64,000 bases of DNA from the NCBI GenBank assembly GCA_043228905.1, contig JBHGNT010000004.1, forward strand, positions 62,001 to 126,000. Direction: 5' to 3'. The position numbers and the translations under genes are program-made. Of the stretch, positions 12,801 to 26,321 are shown piece after piece. Source of the DNA: Azolla caroliniana (taxonomy: Eukaryota; Plantae; Polypodiophyta). The notes beneath the pieces were generated by a model. It saw only the letters and a list, made by a program, of their open reading frames with translations, made no database searches and was not told where the DNA came from. Position 1 is the first letter of the stretch. Every line of letters begins with the position of its first letter.

Positions 12801-14674
12801 GTAATTTGCATAGAACTGCATAGCGGTCTTTAATTCAAGCACGTTCATTCAAGAATCTCTCAAAAAACAGTATTCTAAATTTATGGATTCAACAAACATT
12901 GCATGATTATGTTGAAAGTCTCTGACGGATGCTACCAAACCATAAAATGCTATGAAAAACGAGTGGTTAGAATAAGAACCTTCAAATACAGAAGAGCGCT
13001 GCTATAAGATCTGCAAGAAGGATCACGATCCTTCACAGCCTGTGACATGTTAGAAAACTCAATGCATAAGCTGCTCCAAACAAATGTTTTTTGACAATTA
13101 AATATAAGCTAAAGAATATTACCTGGACATCCAAGCGTATTGCTTGTTGGATGTTTGTGTCAATCATAAAAACATCATCGAAAACATCCATCAACTGTGT
13201 AGCTAATAAGGTAGCATTTTTCAGCCTGTTTGCAAGAACGAACCCGAGAGAGCGTTCAAAGCAAGAATGTGCCAAAATGCTAGCATATAAGAAGCTACTC
13301 AGCAATGGCTCTCGTTCAGCCTTGAATCAACAGAAAAGAGAGCACTGATATTTCAGATACAGAATGAAGATAGACATCTTAATTGCATATATCAAAAACA
13401 TAGAAATAAATACCTCTAGCCGAGCTTCAGCCCGTATGGCAGCCCATATTGGATCATCAGCTATTAGGTCTTTCAGCTTCTTTCCCATCACCGAGGTTGT
13501 ACCCAAAGAGTTTATACCGAATGAGACAAGTGAGGAAGCGTTTGTGAAAGAATTCACATGCGATTCCATTGCTGAGGCAGCTGCAGCTGCAGCTGCCCTT
13601 GCTGCAGCCACACCATGAGCTCCAAGACCTTCAACACTTCTGTTCAGAAGAGTGTCTTCTTCCCCATTCTGGTGAAGCTCGTGGTCTTTGCTGCGCATAT
13701 ATGAAGGGAAAACACTCCTCCAAAGACTATCCGTATCCGACGATGTCGATGGAGTTGCTTCATTCTTCTTGTCCCTTCTCATATTTACATCATCTCTGTC
13801 TTCCTCAACTTTCCCTTGATACCTTATCACATTCTTCTTCTTGTCCTCGTTTGGCTGCAGATTCTGGAAACCCTCAAAACTTGTGTAGCTTTTATCTACA
13901 TAGTTCTTATTATCAGCTTTACCCAGGGGACCATGAACCTTCTCAGAAGCTGTGTTCGCAGGACAAGTTATAGGTATAAAAGATGTACAATTTGATGGAA
14001 AAACGTGGTTTCACAGATGGGTTATCCATACATATATCAGCAAAATCGCCTGTTTCAGAAATCCTTTACATGTGCAAAACAATGGAACAGATGTGTTGAA
14101 TGGATATGTGTAGATATAAGCATTAGCCTCAGATGAGTTTCATGTATGTGAACATACTTATATGAAAAATGCAATATTTCTATTTTCACATATGGGTCAT
14201 ATGAACATACATACACTTGAAACAACACTCAGTTATACGTACACACATATGCTTACAAGAAAAATGCAATATTTTCCTACTTCGATTGATGGATTGTTGT
14301 CAAACTAAGGATATGATTCACAAGTGAAAAACAGTATTTCTTCACAAATTCACAGATATAACAAAGAACCAATTAAGAAACAAAAAAAAAAAAACAATTC
14401 AAAATGACGATCACGGAAAAAAATTACCTGAGGAACCATTGTGTTCAGGATCTGGTAAGGTGGACCCATTGATGTTGTCTTTGACAGAGAATATCAGATG
14501 GGTTCCTTTCTTCCACTGACATTTATCTTTTCTTATCGAAGGAAACCCCACCTGAGGTTTAGCACTCGAGTTTTGGTTAGGCGGAGATGCGATAAAACTC
14601 TGATGATGATGACGATGACGATGATGACCTTGTGTAAGAGGCTGAACCCTAGAAACAGAGCTTCCTTGAGCCAT
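6892..14674 (-). CDS. SAT: Serine O-acetyltransferase (multi-exon SERAT3/SAT2-4 type), about 520 aa, 10 exons
   Basis: Exons (minus): 14674-14428, 13949-13414, 13320-13123, 13039-12980, 11089-10994, 8609-8585, 8368-8274, 7919-7753, 7284-7211, 6956-6892. All GT-AG, phases consistent, 1563 nt. Motifs: [82 protein letters not shown]. Exon 1 and the start of exon 2 are less certain than the catalytic exons. Confidence 0.93.
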
Positions 14675-16863
14675 GTCTATCCTGCACAAATCTATGCTTC
14701 TCAAAGCTTATGCTAAAAATATCAAAATCAAAAGTTCAATCCCTACTGATTGAGACCAAATTTATAAAAGCCTATAAAAGAGTGTCTCATGGGTTTCTCT
14801 TTCTTGCGGCTTTTCTAGCGAATGAGTGGGAATAAAAAAAGAAAGCTCAAAAGTTTTGATTGGAATTGGCCTTTCATCAGCGGAGGGAGTGTCGAATACA
14901 AATCATAAAGAGATACTGTAGATTTGTGCACCATGATCGATAGAAATTTGGAATTTGTTGTAACTTTACATTGGAACTGTTTATTTGCTCATTTTGTATG
15001 GTAGTGTTTGATGGCGTCAGTGTTGTGTGTGCTAATGTTATTACCTACGCAACGTTATTTAGGTTAGTTGTTGGAGGGTAAGAGCTTTGAGAAGGTCAAA
15101 CTCTAAGAGGTTTAATATATTAGACCCATGCGCCTTTGCATTTTTGCGAGGAATAGAGTGTGCGCATGTAAGGTAGTGGACAATGATGTACATGGGAAAG
15201 GCAAGGCCGTACCTTAATCTTTAGCGTAACCAGTAGCTTTCTTTTTGTAGAATAAAGCACAAATGCATCCATTGTGGGATGGGGTGGGGTGGGGAGAGGG
15301 GGATCCCCACCAACCACGTCGGATTTGTCAATTTCATATCTCCCTACTTGCCTCATTATTTGTACAATCATTATTCCTTATCATTGTTACAGTCAATTGA
15401 TTGAGTAGTTGTGATTAGATTGTCAATGAACATTGATTGAGACTCATTTTAATATTGAAGTGAACCAGATATGTGGTGTTCCCTACGATCACCTCTACTG
15501 ATATTTGATTGTGCATTGGCATTTTCAACCATGTTTGGGAGTGAACAAAAACTCTAAAGAGTTTTATAATGAACAAAACATCAAAACCCATCACCAAAGA
15601 CTTGAAACCATGACCATAATGTGTATATGTATGATGACCACATCAATATTTACCTAAGCATGCAAAACCAAAGGCAAGGGTTTCATATTGTGATTCATCA
15701 TAACTTACTATCTTGTTTAGATTCTATGCCTAATATTGACAACACAAATGGATTAGTCTTTAATACCTCTTAAAACCTACAATTTGCCTTGCAAATAAGG
15801 AAATGTGTGACACATAGAACATTTGCAAAGAAGTAGACCTAAAAATTCCTTATTCTCATCGTATACTAATTTTAATTATTAATCCATGCACACACCCCAA
15901 AGAGCATTTTTGTTCTTTTAGTACTAGTTTTGGAGATGGTATAATCAATGTTTACCAAGGGAAAGTTGCCAAACCATGCATGTACATTAATAAATTTACA
16001 AAGGTATGTGTGTTATTCTCAAACCTACCAAACATACTTAATCAAAACCCAATCATATGAAATTTATAATATATTAATAGAGCACATAATTGAAGGGTAT
16101 TAAAATACATAGAAAAGTGTCTGGTTATTTGTAACATCTATTGAATAGCACTTCTAAGTTTCTAACCATGATTAATAATTAATGTTTGAACCCATTTTTT
16201 TACATAAATCGCATTGTGTGCACACCCACTTTCCTCTTTGAACCATAACTAACAAATTAGCTTCTAACTAATCATCCTATTTACAAAACCGATTTCCTAA
16301 TCATTGCCTAAGATATCATTACGTTATGAGACTTAATTCTCATGCAATTAGGTGTCTCTAACTTTGGTCAAGCATATTTTGAAAATAAGCATATTCTGGT
16401 AAATTTTGAAAAATGAGGGAGCAATACTAAAGCCTAGTTATGTGTCTGGCCATAGCATTCTGAATCATCATGCATAATGGAGTCAGCCTTACTAATTATA
16501 ACATGAAAATGAACCTATAACCTCTTTCATTCTAATTATTTGCTGCCAACGCAAATGATTCTTGAAGCCAGTTATTGCAAAACCTGAAAACCTACGATTC
16601 AATTCAACCAATCAAAAAGCTTTGTCAGTTTGTATCATTAGGATTATCGAATGGTGTATTCATTACCAAACGGATATACATAACTCTTGTTCTAAATTTC
16701 CCAGCTTTGCAGTCAGATCTATACAAAGGTACAAGCGAACAGTACAGAATTACTTCTGTTGGAATTTAGTTGGGGATCAACCATTGTTCTTATTCTTCAT
16801 ACTTTACATATCTCCACGAAACATGGTTCACAAGAAGAATCTATAAATGGCAGTGTAATGACA

Positions 16864-19800
16864 TCATGATCGGACATTTGCAAGGCGTGCTCGTAATGTT
16901 TCTAGTTCTTCTTCATCATCGGCTCCTTCTGCGATGGGCTCTTCCTGGAATTCCACCATATTCATATCCATTCATTGTTAATAGAATGTGTTCAGTTCCA
17001 TCTCAATCAATTAAAATGAAGTTGGCAGATATGCACCTGTTCTTGCTCTGTAGTTGATGGTGGCTTCACTCTCTCCCTTCGTGATGTTGCAGGTAGTTGA
17101 GCTATCGTTTCACCTGCTACTTCAGACAAGACCTTATCCACTTCCTCTTCGATTTCATCTTCTATATCATCTGTGTCGAGGACTGAGTCTAATGTCTCAG
17201 CAACAAATTCTTCCATTACTCCTGCCTTCAAATTACAGTGTTTATCAAAACCCATTTGATATCTTACAGTTGGCTAATCATAATAAAATAAAATCATTCA
17301 ATCCTTCCGAAGGACCAAACAAGATTAATTAAAGTGAGTTAAAATAAATGTTCATTAACATTGTCTAAACATAATTCTCAATTAAATCACATTAGTACCT
17401 TTGTCATTTCTTTGGTGAACTCCTGCATTGTAGCTGACATTTCAGGAACCTTCATCAGACCATTCACAAGCTTCATTACCTCAGAACTCTTGGATAAATG
17501 TCCTACTACCCTTGAAGTTGCTGCAATCATGCCGTGCTATTGTTGGGAATATTGATAATAAAATGTGCACCATCTCATACTCACAACTACATTCACTTCT
17601 CTTACCAACAGTTTCACCAAGGTGCATGGAAATTGAGTTTAGCTGTGCTCTATTCTCATAGAGTCGCGTGATGACTCGCTTTGATCTCACAATTTCTTTA
17701 GCTAAAGACTGCCATCCAAAGAAATCTTTATTACAGAACTTCCCACTTTCTAAAAAGATTTCAAGTAAAAGAAAACATCAGCAATATGAACTTGATCTGA
17801 CTTCAATAATATATGTTTTAGTGCAATAAACCAAAACCCATGAAAATAAAAAGGATAAATTGTTCTTTAATCAACATTCATTTTGCCATTTCCTTCAAGA
17901 GGGAAGTGGAAAATAGAGGAAAAAGCAAAGAGTGAAAGTAAGTGTTACAGAGAGCCCTCAGACCCAGCCAATCCAGAAACAAACCAAAGGAATACCTTCA
18001 GTTAGATTCTTCTAAGGAAACGATGTTTGCATAAATCCATAACATACTCAGGGTTCATCCATACATATTCTGGTTCTAAAGGACAAAAACGTTCATACAG
18101 CCAAAAAAATTCCAGTACTACTGGGGATTATGTATCATGGTAAAAAGATGATACATTGTAATTGCTTCAAATTTTTATTTATATTGATTATGAAACCACA
18201 TGTATCCAGGAGTTATATGGTCTGGGACAAAAAGCTAAGGCATCAGAGAGAGAATACAAAATTTTTGATGCAAGCAACATCTTTGTTAAGAAGACAAAGA
18301 GAAACATCAACCGTGTTTGAAGAGGTAATTTTTTGTCTATAAACTTTGGTGACCTATTATCACCAGCCCATCAGCATTCCCATATGATCTGCAACACGGT
18401 GTCTCCTGAAGGGGGACTATTTTGACTATCCATTTATTGATATTATCAATGTTATGTTCCTCTTCTACAAGAGACATTCACTTTGAACTGGTTTCTGAGA
18501 CAGACAAGGTATGACAAATGTTGCATATCGTGTTCAGAATAAAATGTAGAGTTGAAGTACATAATACACATTACCTCGGTGCTACAGACGAACACCTGCA
18601 TGTGGAGCCATCACAAGCTGTATAGTGAGCAAGTTTGTTGCGCCCATTTGCATTAGCATGTGTGAGCATAAGTGATGGGGCTCAAGGGGATTGGTGACGT
18701 GTAAAAGATAAAGCATAAAGAATCAGATAGGGTTTCCATCTAGTGGCGAACAAGACTCATCCATGCACAATGTAGCCCACCTGTAAAAGAGGAGTAGCCA
18801 CGCTCTAGCAAGTATATGGTTGGGTGAAGTACCCTTCCTCAGCAATGAGTTTGGCATTAAAACTTCCAAAACCTGTTTTCTCTAATTCTCTTATTCCCCT
18901 ATTTCAATACATCCTCCTCCTCTTCACATAGACATAAACGTTGCTTCTGATGAAGATGACTCACTTTGGATGATGTATCTTCTCCAAAGGAAAAAAAATT
19001 GTTTATTCATGGTTCTACTCCACTGTTTCTTCATCAGATGTACAAGTGCTTCCAGCACGGCAGGATCTAACAAAATTAGATGCTTTAACAGCAAATCTTT
19101 GACAGGGTGGTGCAATTTTTTAAGTTCACTTTCATGCTTCACATTAAATCCACTCCTGTAAGGCCAAACTCAGTGGAAGATGTAGAACTGAATTCATTGA
19201 ATGCAAAAAAACGGAGTCCAGATTTTCTTTACCATGTCAATTAACAATAGGGTCTGTTTTCATGCGCCATAGAAGACAGTGCCACACCATACGTCACAAC
19301 TCATTCACTCGATAGACAAACTGGCTGAAACTAATTGGGACCACTAAAGAAATCTCACCGATTACTCTCAGATTACACCCAGCCAGTTAACCAACCTCTT
19401 GTAGCAAACTCATAAATTCCAGACTTTCCTTTCACTCTAGTTTCCCACACAAGTTCTCTCACTATCACGAGACTATTACTATTTATTTTCAGCAGTTTCC
19501 CACGAGGCTTTTCACCCTCTCGTATATTGTGTATTGTCTATGCCATTTTGAGCAATAATACAACTTCAGTTACTTCTTTGTTGGGTTAGGGTTGATAATT
19601 TATCGTCACTCATAAAGTTGTTAATTTCTGGGACGATTCATTTCTTTCCCGTGAGTTTCATTGTATATTTGTATTCTCGTTAGATTCAATAGCCTACCTC
19701 CTTCAATATTATATCAGTTTCTACTATAATCCTAAATATCCAGGAATCAAACCGCCCAATATTAAAAGAAGAACATATTAAAAGCTTCCCTTCTCGTATC

Positions 19801-20234
19801 ATCATTCATTAAACCACAAAAGATCAAAGGGAACAAAGTAAAAAACAAGAAGCATCTCTGTCTTACATCATCATGCATCAAACAGTCAGAGAGTCAATAT
19901 AAGAGAATGCTAACTTAAAAAAACACAGCCAAGCGAAATGAACCAACCTTTGCAGAAACCATATCGTTTCGCTTTACAGACTCTTTAATGGCCTTTCTCA
20001 CGCCTTTCTCTTCACGTTCAATATCTGAAATTCACATGAAAAAGAGAAACTATGAGGGAGAAAGAAGCATTCCAAGGGATTATGTTCAGATCTGATATTC
20101 AGAATAATAAGAAGAAACTTACCACGAACTTGCCGTTCAACGTTACGAGCTTCTTGTCGCAGCTTTCGCTGCCATTCGCGAAGCTGCTGCTGTGGATTAG
20201 GCTTAGGACGAAGCATGTTCTTCATCGCCTCCAT
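16864..20234 (-). CDS. VPS24: ESCRT-III subunit VPS24/CHMP3 (Snf7 family), 227 aa, 6 exons
   Basis: Exons (minus): 20234-20123, 20024-19948, 17708-17606, 17520-17399, 17225-17037, 16944-16864 (684 nt, phases consistent). Sequence PKPNPQQQLREWQRKLRQE...LYENRAQLNSISMHLGE...EEEVDKVL...LRARLANVRS with a C-terminal MIM1-like helix. Confidence 0.95.
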
Positions 20235-20400
20235 CGCTGATCCTTCTCTGTTTCTTTCTTTCTTCTTCTCGGATGCACACAGGGAAGTAAACAATCTGAC
20301 TCATTTGCTAACCATGGTTGACATTAAACCCTGGTTAACCATGATCAAAAGCGTGAACCCTGGTTAGATTTTAACCCTGCCCCACTTTACATTTCTATTT

Positions 20401-20777
20401 GGAGAATTTGTCAAAATGTCCCAATTTCGACCATTTTTGGAAGATGATGACTATCGTGTGTATTTTAAAACGTCACGCGATGAATTGAATCGGTTTCCTT
20501 CGGCCAGTTCGATCACCAATTTAAGACGCAAAAAAATCATTTTCCATAACAATCACGATATCTATGATACATGTCTTGAAAAAAAAATCATTTTCCATAA
20601 CTCGATGGTGGTAGTGGTGGTGGTGCTCTCATGCAAAAAGTTTTTTATTTGGGTGGTGGTGCTAGAATGATGTTGAAACTAGGCACAGAAAGTCATTGTG
20701 TTCCCTTCCTTTTTGTTGATTGAGAATAATAAATGGTCTAGTAATTTCTCAATAGTTTAAGGTATTTTGACAAATAC
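20401..20777. mobile_element. Degenerate Mutator-like MITE relic upstream of VPS24
   Basis: GGAGAATTTGTCAAAATGTCC (20401) and GGTATTTTGACAAATAC (20761-20777) form an imperfect inverted repeat sharing ATTTGTCAAAAT. No clear TSD. Confidence 0.3.
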
Positions 20778-23078
20778 AAAAGTAAAGTTTGTATTTCGAC
20801 AAATTGGTCGTAATGAAATGATAGTATTATCAACCCTAATTGTTTGGGAAGAAATTTATTAATGACTAGTCTAACTTATCAAGGGAGACACATCATAATC
20901 TCAACAACAATGGAGTGTTGAGTATATAAGTTCAACATTACTGTCCTTGTGCCGCTTCTTAGGCATTGGCCCTAAAAGCTTGATCGAAATATATAAGTGA
21001 TAGCACATGAGCTTAAACTAGGGAGGTTCAATTATTAGAAACCGAATATCAATTTACAACAAATAACAAATGTTGGTAATGTGGTCACATAACACATCAA
21101 GCATCCTATTGAGATGCACTTTGAAATGGGAATGAATTCTCTTTGTCACATTTTTATTTGGATACAAAATAACTAGCTATGCAAAAAGTCCCAACTCTAT
21201 ATAGATATTCCTTACGCCTAATACCTATCAAGGTACAACCCCATTCCACACATGGCATTGTCCTACATTCCCATGTGGCTATGGCCATAGGCAATCGTGA
21301 TAGATACTAATTCTCATAATCATGCGAATTGTAGAAAGAATACTAAGTAAGTTGGGTTCACACATGGGAACATTGTTGTCGCACTTGAGGATTTGCAAAT
21401 GTTGTGTGTGATATTGTGAGATTATGTCCTTCAAGAATATCATATAAGAGTCGCAATTGCAAACAATTTATGGCTTTGTACATTCAATAAACACATTAGC
21501 CAAGTCAGTGTACAAATGTAGAAAGGCAAGCTAAACGACCTAGTATTATGGCATTAATGTCTAGATTTCAAAGTCCATGAGAATGTATATTGCAACACAA
21601 TAGGCATTAAGTTTGTCTCGCAATGTAGTTATTCTTTCGTACTTTTGTATGTATATTGCAACACAATAGGCATCGTTTCAAATAGAAATTTACTTTAGTG
21701 TGTACACGAATAAAATTCTAAGGACAAATTTTAGTGATTATTTTTCTTTTTTAAACACCATATCAAGGAACTACCTCTTTCATTGGAATAAGTCTTCCTT
21801 ATGAAAATAACATGAGGTTTTGATATGGATATTTTATTTTTCCCATGTAGTTTTTTGAAGATCAATCACAAGAAGAATGCATAACTATTATGTAACATTA
21901 TTTCCTCATATTTTTCAATTCATCATTTTAACACAAATACTTTTAGGATGACCTTAAGAATACATTATCCCATGGGAGAACATTTAGCGACCATGTTAGA
22001 TAGAAGGTGTAGTAATTAGAGCCACATAATTCAAACTGGTTGTGAATCATTACAATTTGATTCAAACACATTCTTGCATGTTTGCAGAACAAGGGCAAAA
22101 CACCCGAATAACCATGGCCATGAATCACACTAATTCATATAAGGTCATTGTTTAAGATGTGGGAGTGATTTTGTGGGAGTGATTGCAAAATTACAACGAA
22201 TTTCAAATTTCTATGTGGATGTTTAAAAACAATTCTCTTTTTTTTTCCCTCTTTCTGATTGTTGAGCATTGGCATTTGAGGAAATAAAGAAGATTGAAGG
22301 GAAAATTTTCCATAGTCCCATAGGTGGCAAATCAAGATCCATAAACCAAGCCTACCACCTTCCTCCCCTATGAGAACCCATGTCACTTAACTCTCAATTA
22401 TTTGGAAATACCTCGGCTAACAACTCGGTAATTTTTGTTTTCATACATCTACTACATTCAATCATTACACAAAAAGATGCGAACAAGAGAATAATAGAAT
22501 AAGAAGGGAGAAAACGAGGACAATTTATAAAATGAAGCAGTAACGCCAAAAATTCTCTCAAATTCAATCAAGGCCCATCTAATCACATGCTAAATTTGTT
22601 TTTAGTTCTCTTATTCGTTTCAATGATCTTAGTAGGCATAAAGATTAGAAGCACAATGAAAAATTTGAAGTATCGAGCCAATAAGATGATGTGCTAAACA
22701 AGTAAGGCCAACCAAAACCCAAGACATTCGGTTGGACAATCCAATATTTATCGAGACTCAGATGCCAACACTAGTCCCATTTCATTAGATCGAGTCAACA
22801 TAGTTTATGTCTCATATGTTTAACTTAGTAAATCTATGTGCAAACGAGTCATCACCTCCGCTCCTTCAGCATCACGACGAAGATAAGTTTTAATTGTAAG
22901 GAAAAAGTGAAAAGAACGAGAGAAACTCCAACAAGACATAAAGAAAAAGTTCAACTAAAAGGGGTAGAATTGATATTACCCATTTGTTCGAAAAGGGCAT
23001 CCTTTAGATATTCGTAAAAGTGTGAGAAAACAGAGAAGAAAGCAGGGTAGTTGAAGAAGAACACAGAGAGGAGAAGAG

Positions 23079-24054
23079 ATGAGGAGACAGAGGAGCGATG
23101 ATAGGTCACCACCTCCATCTCTCCTCTCACGAGCCGTAAATCGTGTCTTTGATTTCATTCGTCTGGCAGAGTTCGAGATCCTCTTTGTTCTCTTCCTCCT
23201 CATCGTTTACATCCTCTTCAAAGATCTGGTAAGCAAACTCTCCGTCTAAGATTATCCTGATTTTTATTGCTAAGCTATTGTAAGAACTTGTTTTTTTTTT
23301 TGAAGTTTTGTTTCCAGAGGTAAAAGGTCGGATGTAAATTTTTAGGGTTAGGTTTTTTACTGTACACCATTGTAATGTTGAAGAACCGGATAGTTTTTTG
23401 CGTTGAGTGATTCTCTTTCGAACCAGGGTTATTTATGATTTGATTTTAAGAGTTAAAATTATGGAAATCATGTCGACATGTTTGGCTTTTTCCTAATTCA
23501 AATCCAAATATTTGTTATGTATTTGGAGGTTTTTTTCCATTAATTTAGTTTAATCTCAGCAAGGCTTAAAATTTTCCATTAGTTTGATTTATTTTCGAAA
23601 ATTGTCGTTTGATCTAGTTTCCCTTTAGATACTTTAAGGTAGAAAAGACCTAAACGCTCCTGTACGATATTCTAATGATAATCCTTGTCCATTGATGATG
23701 ATGATGGCGGTGTTTGTTGATGATGAAACTGCTCATGTTTTTTTACACAGGATTTTTTTTCCTATCCATCATGAATGGTTTAGGTTCATCTATGTGTATG
23801 ACAGGGGAATGATGAATTCCTTCTTTAATGGCATTAGAGATCTTGACATCCCACCCCCTCAAAGAAACAACGAACATTTAACTAGCATAATGATCTTGAA
23901 AACAAGTTTTTCTTTCTTTCTTGCCTTTGTTTTTGTAGTAAATTCATCTGATTCAAAGAAAACCTTACAACATAACTTGTTACAGACTTCTCGGCCAGAA
24001 TACAATCAGCTTCTTGTGAAGGACAAAAGCCAGGGTGGCCGCTTTTCTACTTGA
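23079..24054 (+). CDS. Small single-pass membrane protein (72 aa), 2 exons, function unknown
   Basis: Exon 1 23079-23228 (ATG...GATCTG|GTAAGC) and exon 2 23986-24054 (TTGTTACAG|ACT...TGA) join in phase 0 to give MRRQRSDDRSPPPSLLSRAVNRVFDFIRLAEFEILFVLFLLIVYILFKDLTSRPEYNQLLVKDKSQGGRFST. GA-rich leader, U-rich intron, one hydrophobic helix (ILFVLFLLIVYILF). Confidence 0.8.
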
Positions 24055-26321
24055 GCTGTTAGGGTTTATGTTTTCTCTTCAAGAAACTCTAATAATATCG
24101 TGAAAGCATAAGTTAATGTTCAATTCGAAGAATTGTCATCTCTTGCTTGGGACTGTTCATGTGACCAGGGGACTGCTTTATTTTCAGTCACAATGATAAG
24201 AGATGGGATTTTGCCTGCATAAAACAAACCTTTATTCTTCTTAAAATCCCAACAGCAGAAGTTGAGAGAACATTATCATATGTCTGTGTAAGCTTCCTCC
24301 AATGAAATGTAAACTTGATGTGGTATATACTGTGCTTGTATCAATGCATTCATGATTGTGGTGTAACCTTGATTGGCCATGAACTAGCAATAATTGCTAA
24401 AATGGGAATGTTATTAATGTTTAATCAAGAACTTCTTATGCTCTTTGCTATAAATTTTGACTAAAGTTTTGTATCGAGCTTTGATTTAATTTAAAGAGAT
24501 CAATAAGATGTGTAGAACACAAGGTTTTGACATTGCCATGAAATAAAATTAATTGGTGGTCTGAGGAGGAATTTGAGGGTATTGTCTAGTTAGAAATGGT
24601 TGCAACATAGAGGATAATGTTTCATTCATATGGTATAGGATGGCCTTGCCAAGGAATGGCTTGGCCTCTTCGATGTAATACAATAACATAAAATCAACGA
24701 AACATAGAAAAACTATAATGAAGAATGAATCGTTTAGAGATTGTGAGTATTTTACAAAATTCCCAAACATTGAAATGAACTTATTGAAATGTTTCATTGC
24801 AAGTGTAGATCCTACATCTCCTAGCTTGGATATGTTGTGCACAATACAATATATTGACTATTATTTGCTCTCTTGTAATGTATTCACCTAGAAATAAAGT
24901 ATAGATTTGCAAACCCTCATGTGCTTTGGCATTAGATAAGTTTTGATAAGCTTGATAATATTATCTCTACAATGCACTTGTTACCCATAATGGATCCCAA
25001 TATGCTATTTATTTAGGAACAAATACCAAATCTTTTGTGATAGGGATCGTCTTAATCCAAGACGGGAAGCCCAATTGCCTTGGAAAGTGAAAGGTTGAGT
25101 ATAAACCCACAAAATGATCTACATGTGATTAGTAGGAGTTATTTGGTATTATCCATGCTCTAAAACAAGTTAACAATAGTGCCATAAAATGTATGGATCT
25201 ACATGTGAAGTTTTGTTTGATCATGAACACATGAAATGATTTGTGAATAGAATGAACTCAAAGGGCAAAATATGTAGATGGGTGCAAACATTATTGATGA
25301 AGAAGTGCTCGTTAATATTAGAGTAATGATTGTACGAGGGTATACTAGGGGGGGGGGGAGGAAGAAGAGTGAAATATCATCACATAGTTTCTTTATTTCC
25401 CAAATGTTTCTAGGTTGACCAAGATGGAATACTTGAATATACATCTAACAATTTCTTTTTGGGTAAAACAAATGAATTTACCATAGAATTGCCAAATATC
25501 ACATACAATTAAGGGATTGTAAAGGAAATGTTAGGTTTGTATTTATGAAATAGGTAGAATTGCCAAATATATTAAAAGAGTTATCTTCAACTTAAACTAC
25601 TACATTGACCGATTAGTACAAAACTCAAATTTTCATCATAGAGTAATCAATAATTGAACATTGTCACTATCTTAAGTTTTAACATCATCGCTGACAAATC
25701 ATCTTTGTAACTACAGTTTTTTATGGTAACGTACAATTACATGCGTAATCCCATGATATAGCTTATCAGCCACAAATGACCAGTTCTAGATACCATGCAT
25801 GTCGTTTACTAGACTCATCGGAGGAAAATAAAGGGCATTTTGGGAAATTTAAAAAAATGCAGGGGTAGTTTCGAAATTATCTGAAGGCAGCGAAGAGGGG
25901 TATTTTGGTAAATCTCTGAAAATGATACACCGAGGGAGTGTCAGAGATGAACATCTGTAGCAGGTCCTTCGCCAGAGCTATGTGCTTATCACTACAGAAG
26001 TGCAGGCCGTGAGACGCTTTCTCGGTTTATTGGGTTCCGGGTGCCCTTACAAAAGGAACAAGGTTCCACAGCTCGGAGAGAAACCCTACTTTTTTTCCTC
26101 CGAGCAAGAGAGGGTTAGTTCATGCAAATCATCTCAAGCTAAGACAAACAAACTAGAGAAAATTAGTTCACGATGGGCGCCAGAAAAGAATAGAAATGTA
26201 TTGTTAGTTTATGATGATGAATTTGATGAACAGGACAATAAACTCAGGAATGATCTCGATGCAGGTAATTGTTTCTTCACATGCTTAACTCGATTCTTTA
26301 TTTTCTTAAGAACCTAGGGTT

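Noticed and set aside
23692-23985. N-terminal part of the 120-aa ORF 23692-24054
   Set aside because: Lies in U-rich intron sequence; only the portion after the acceptor at 23985 fits the spliced microprotein.
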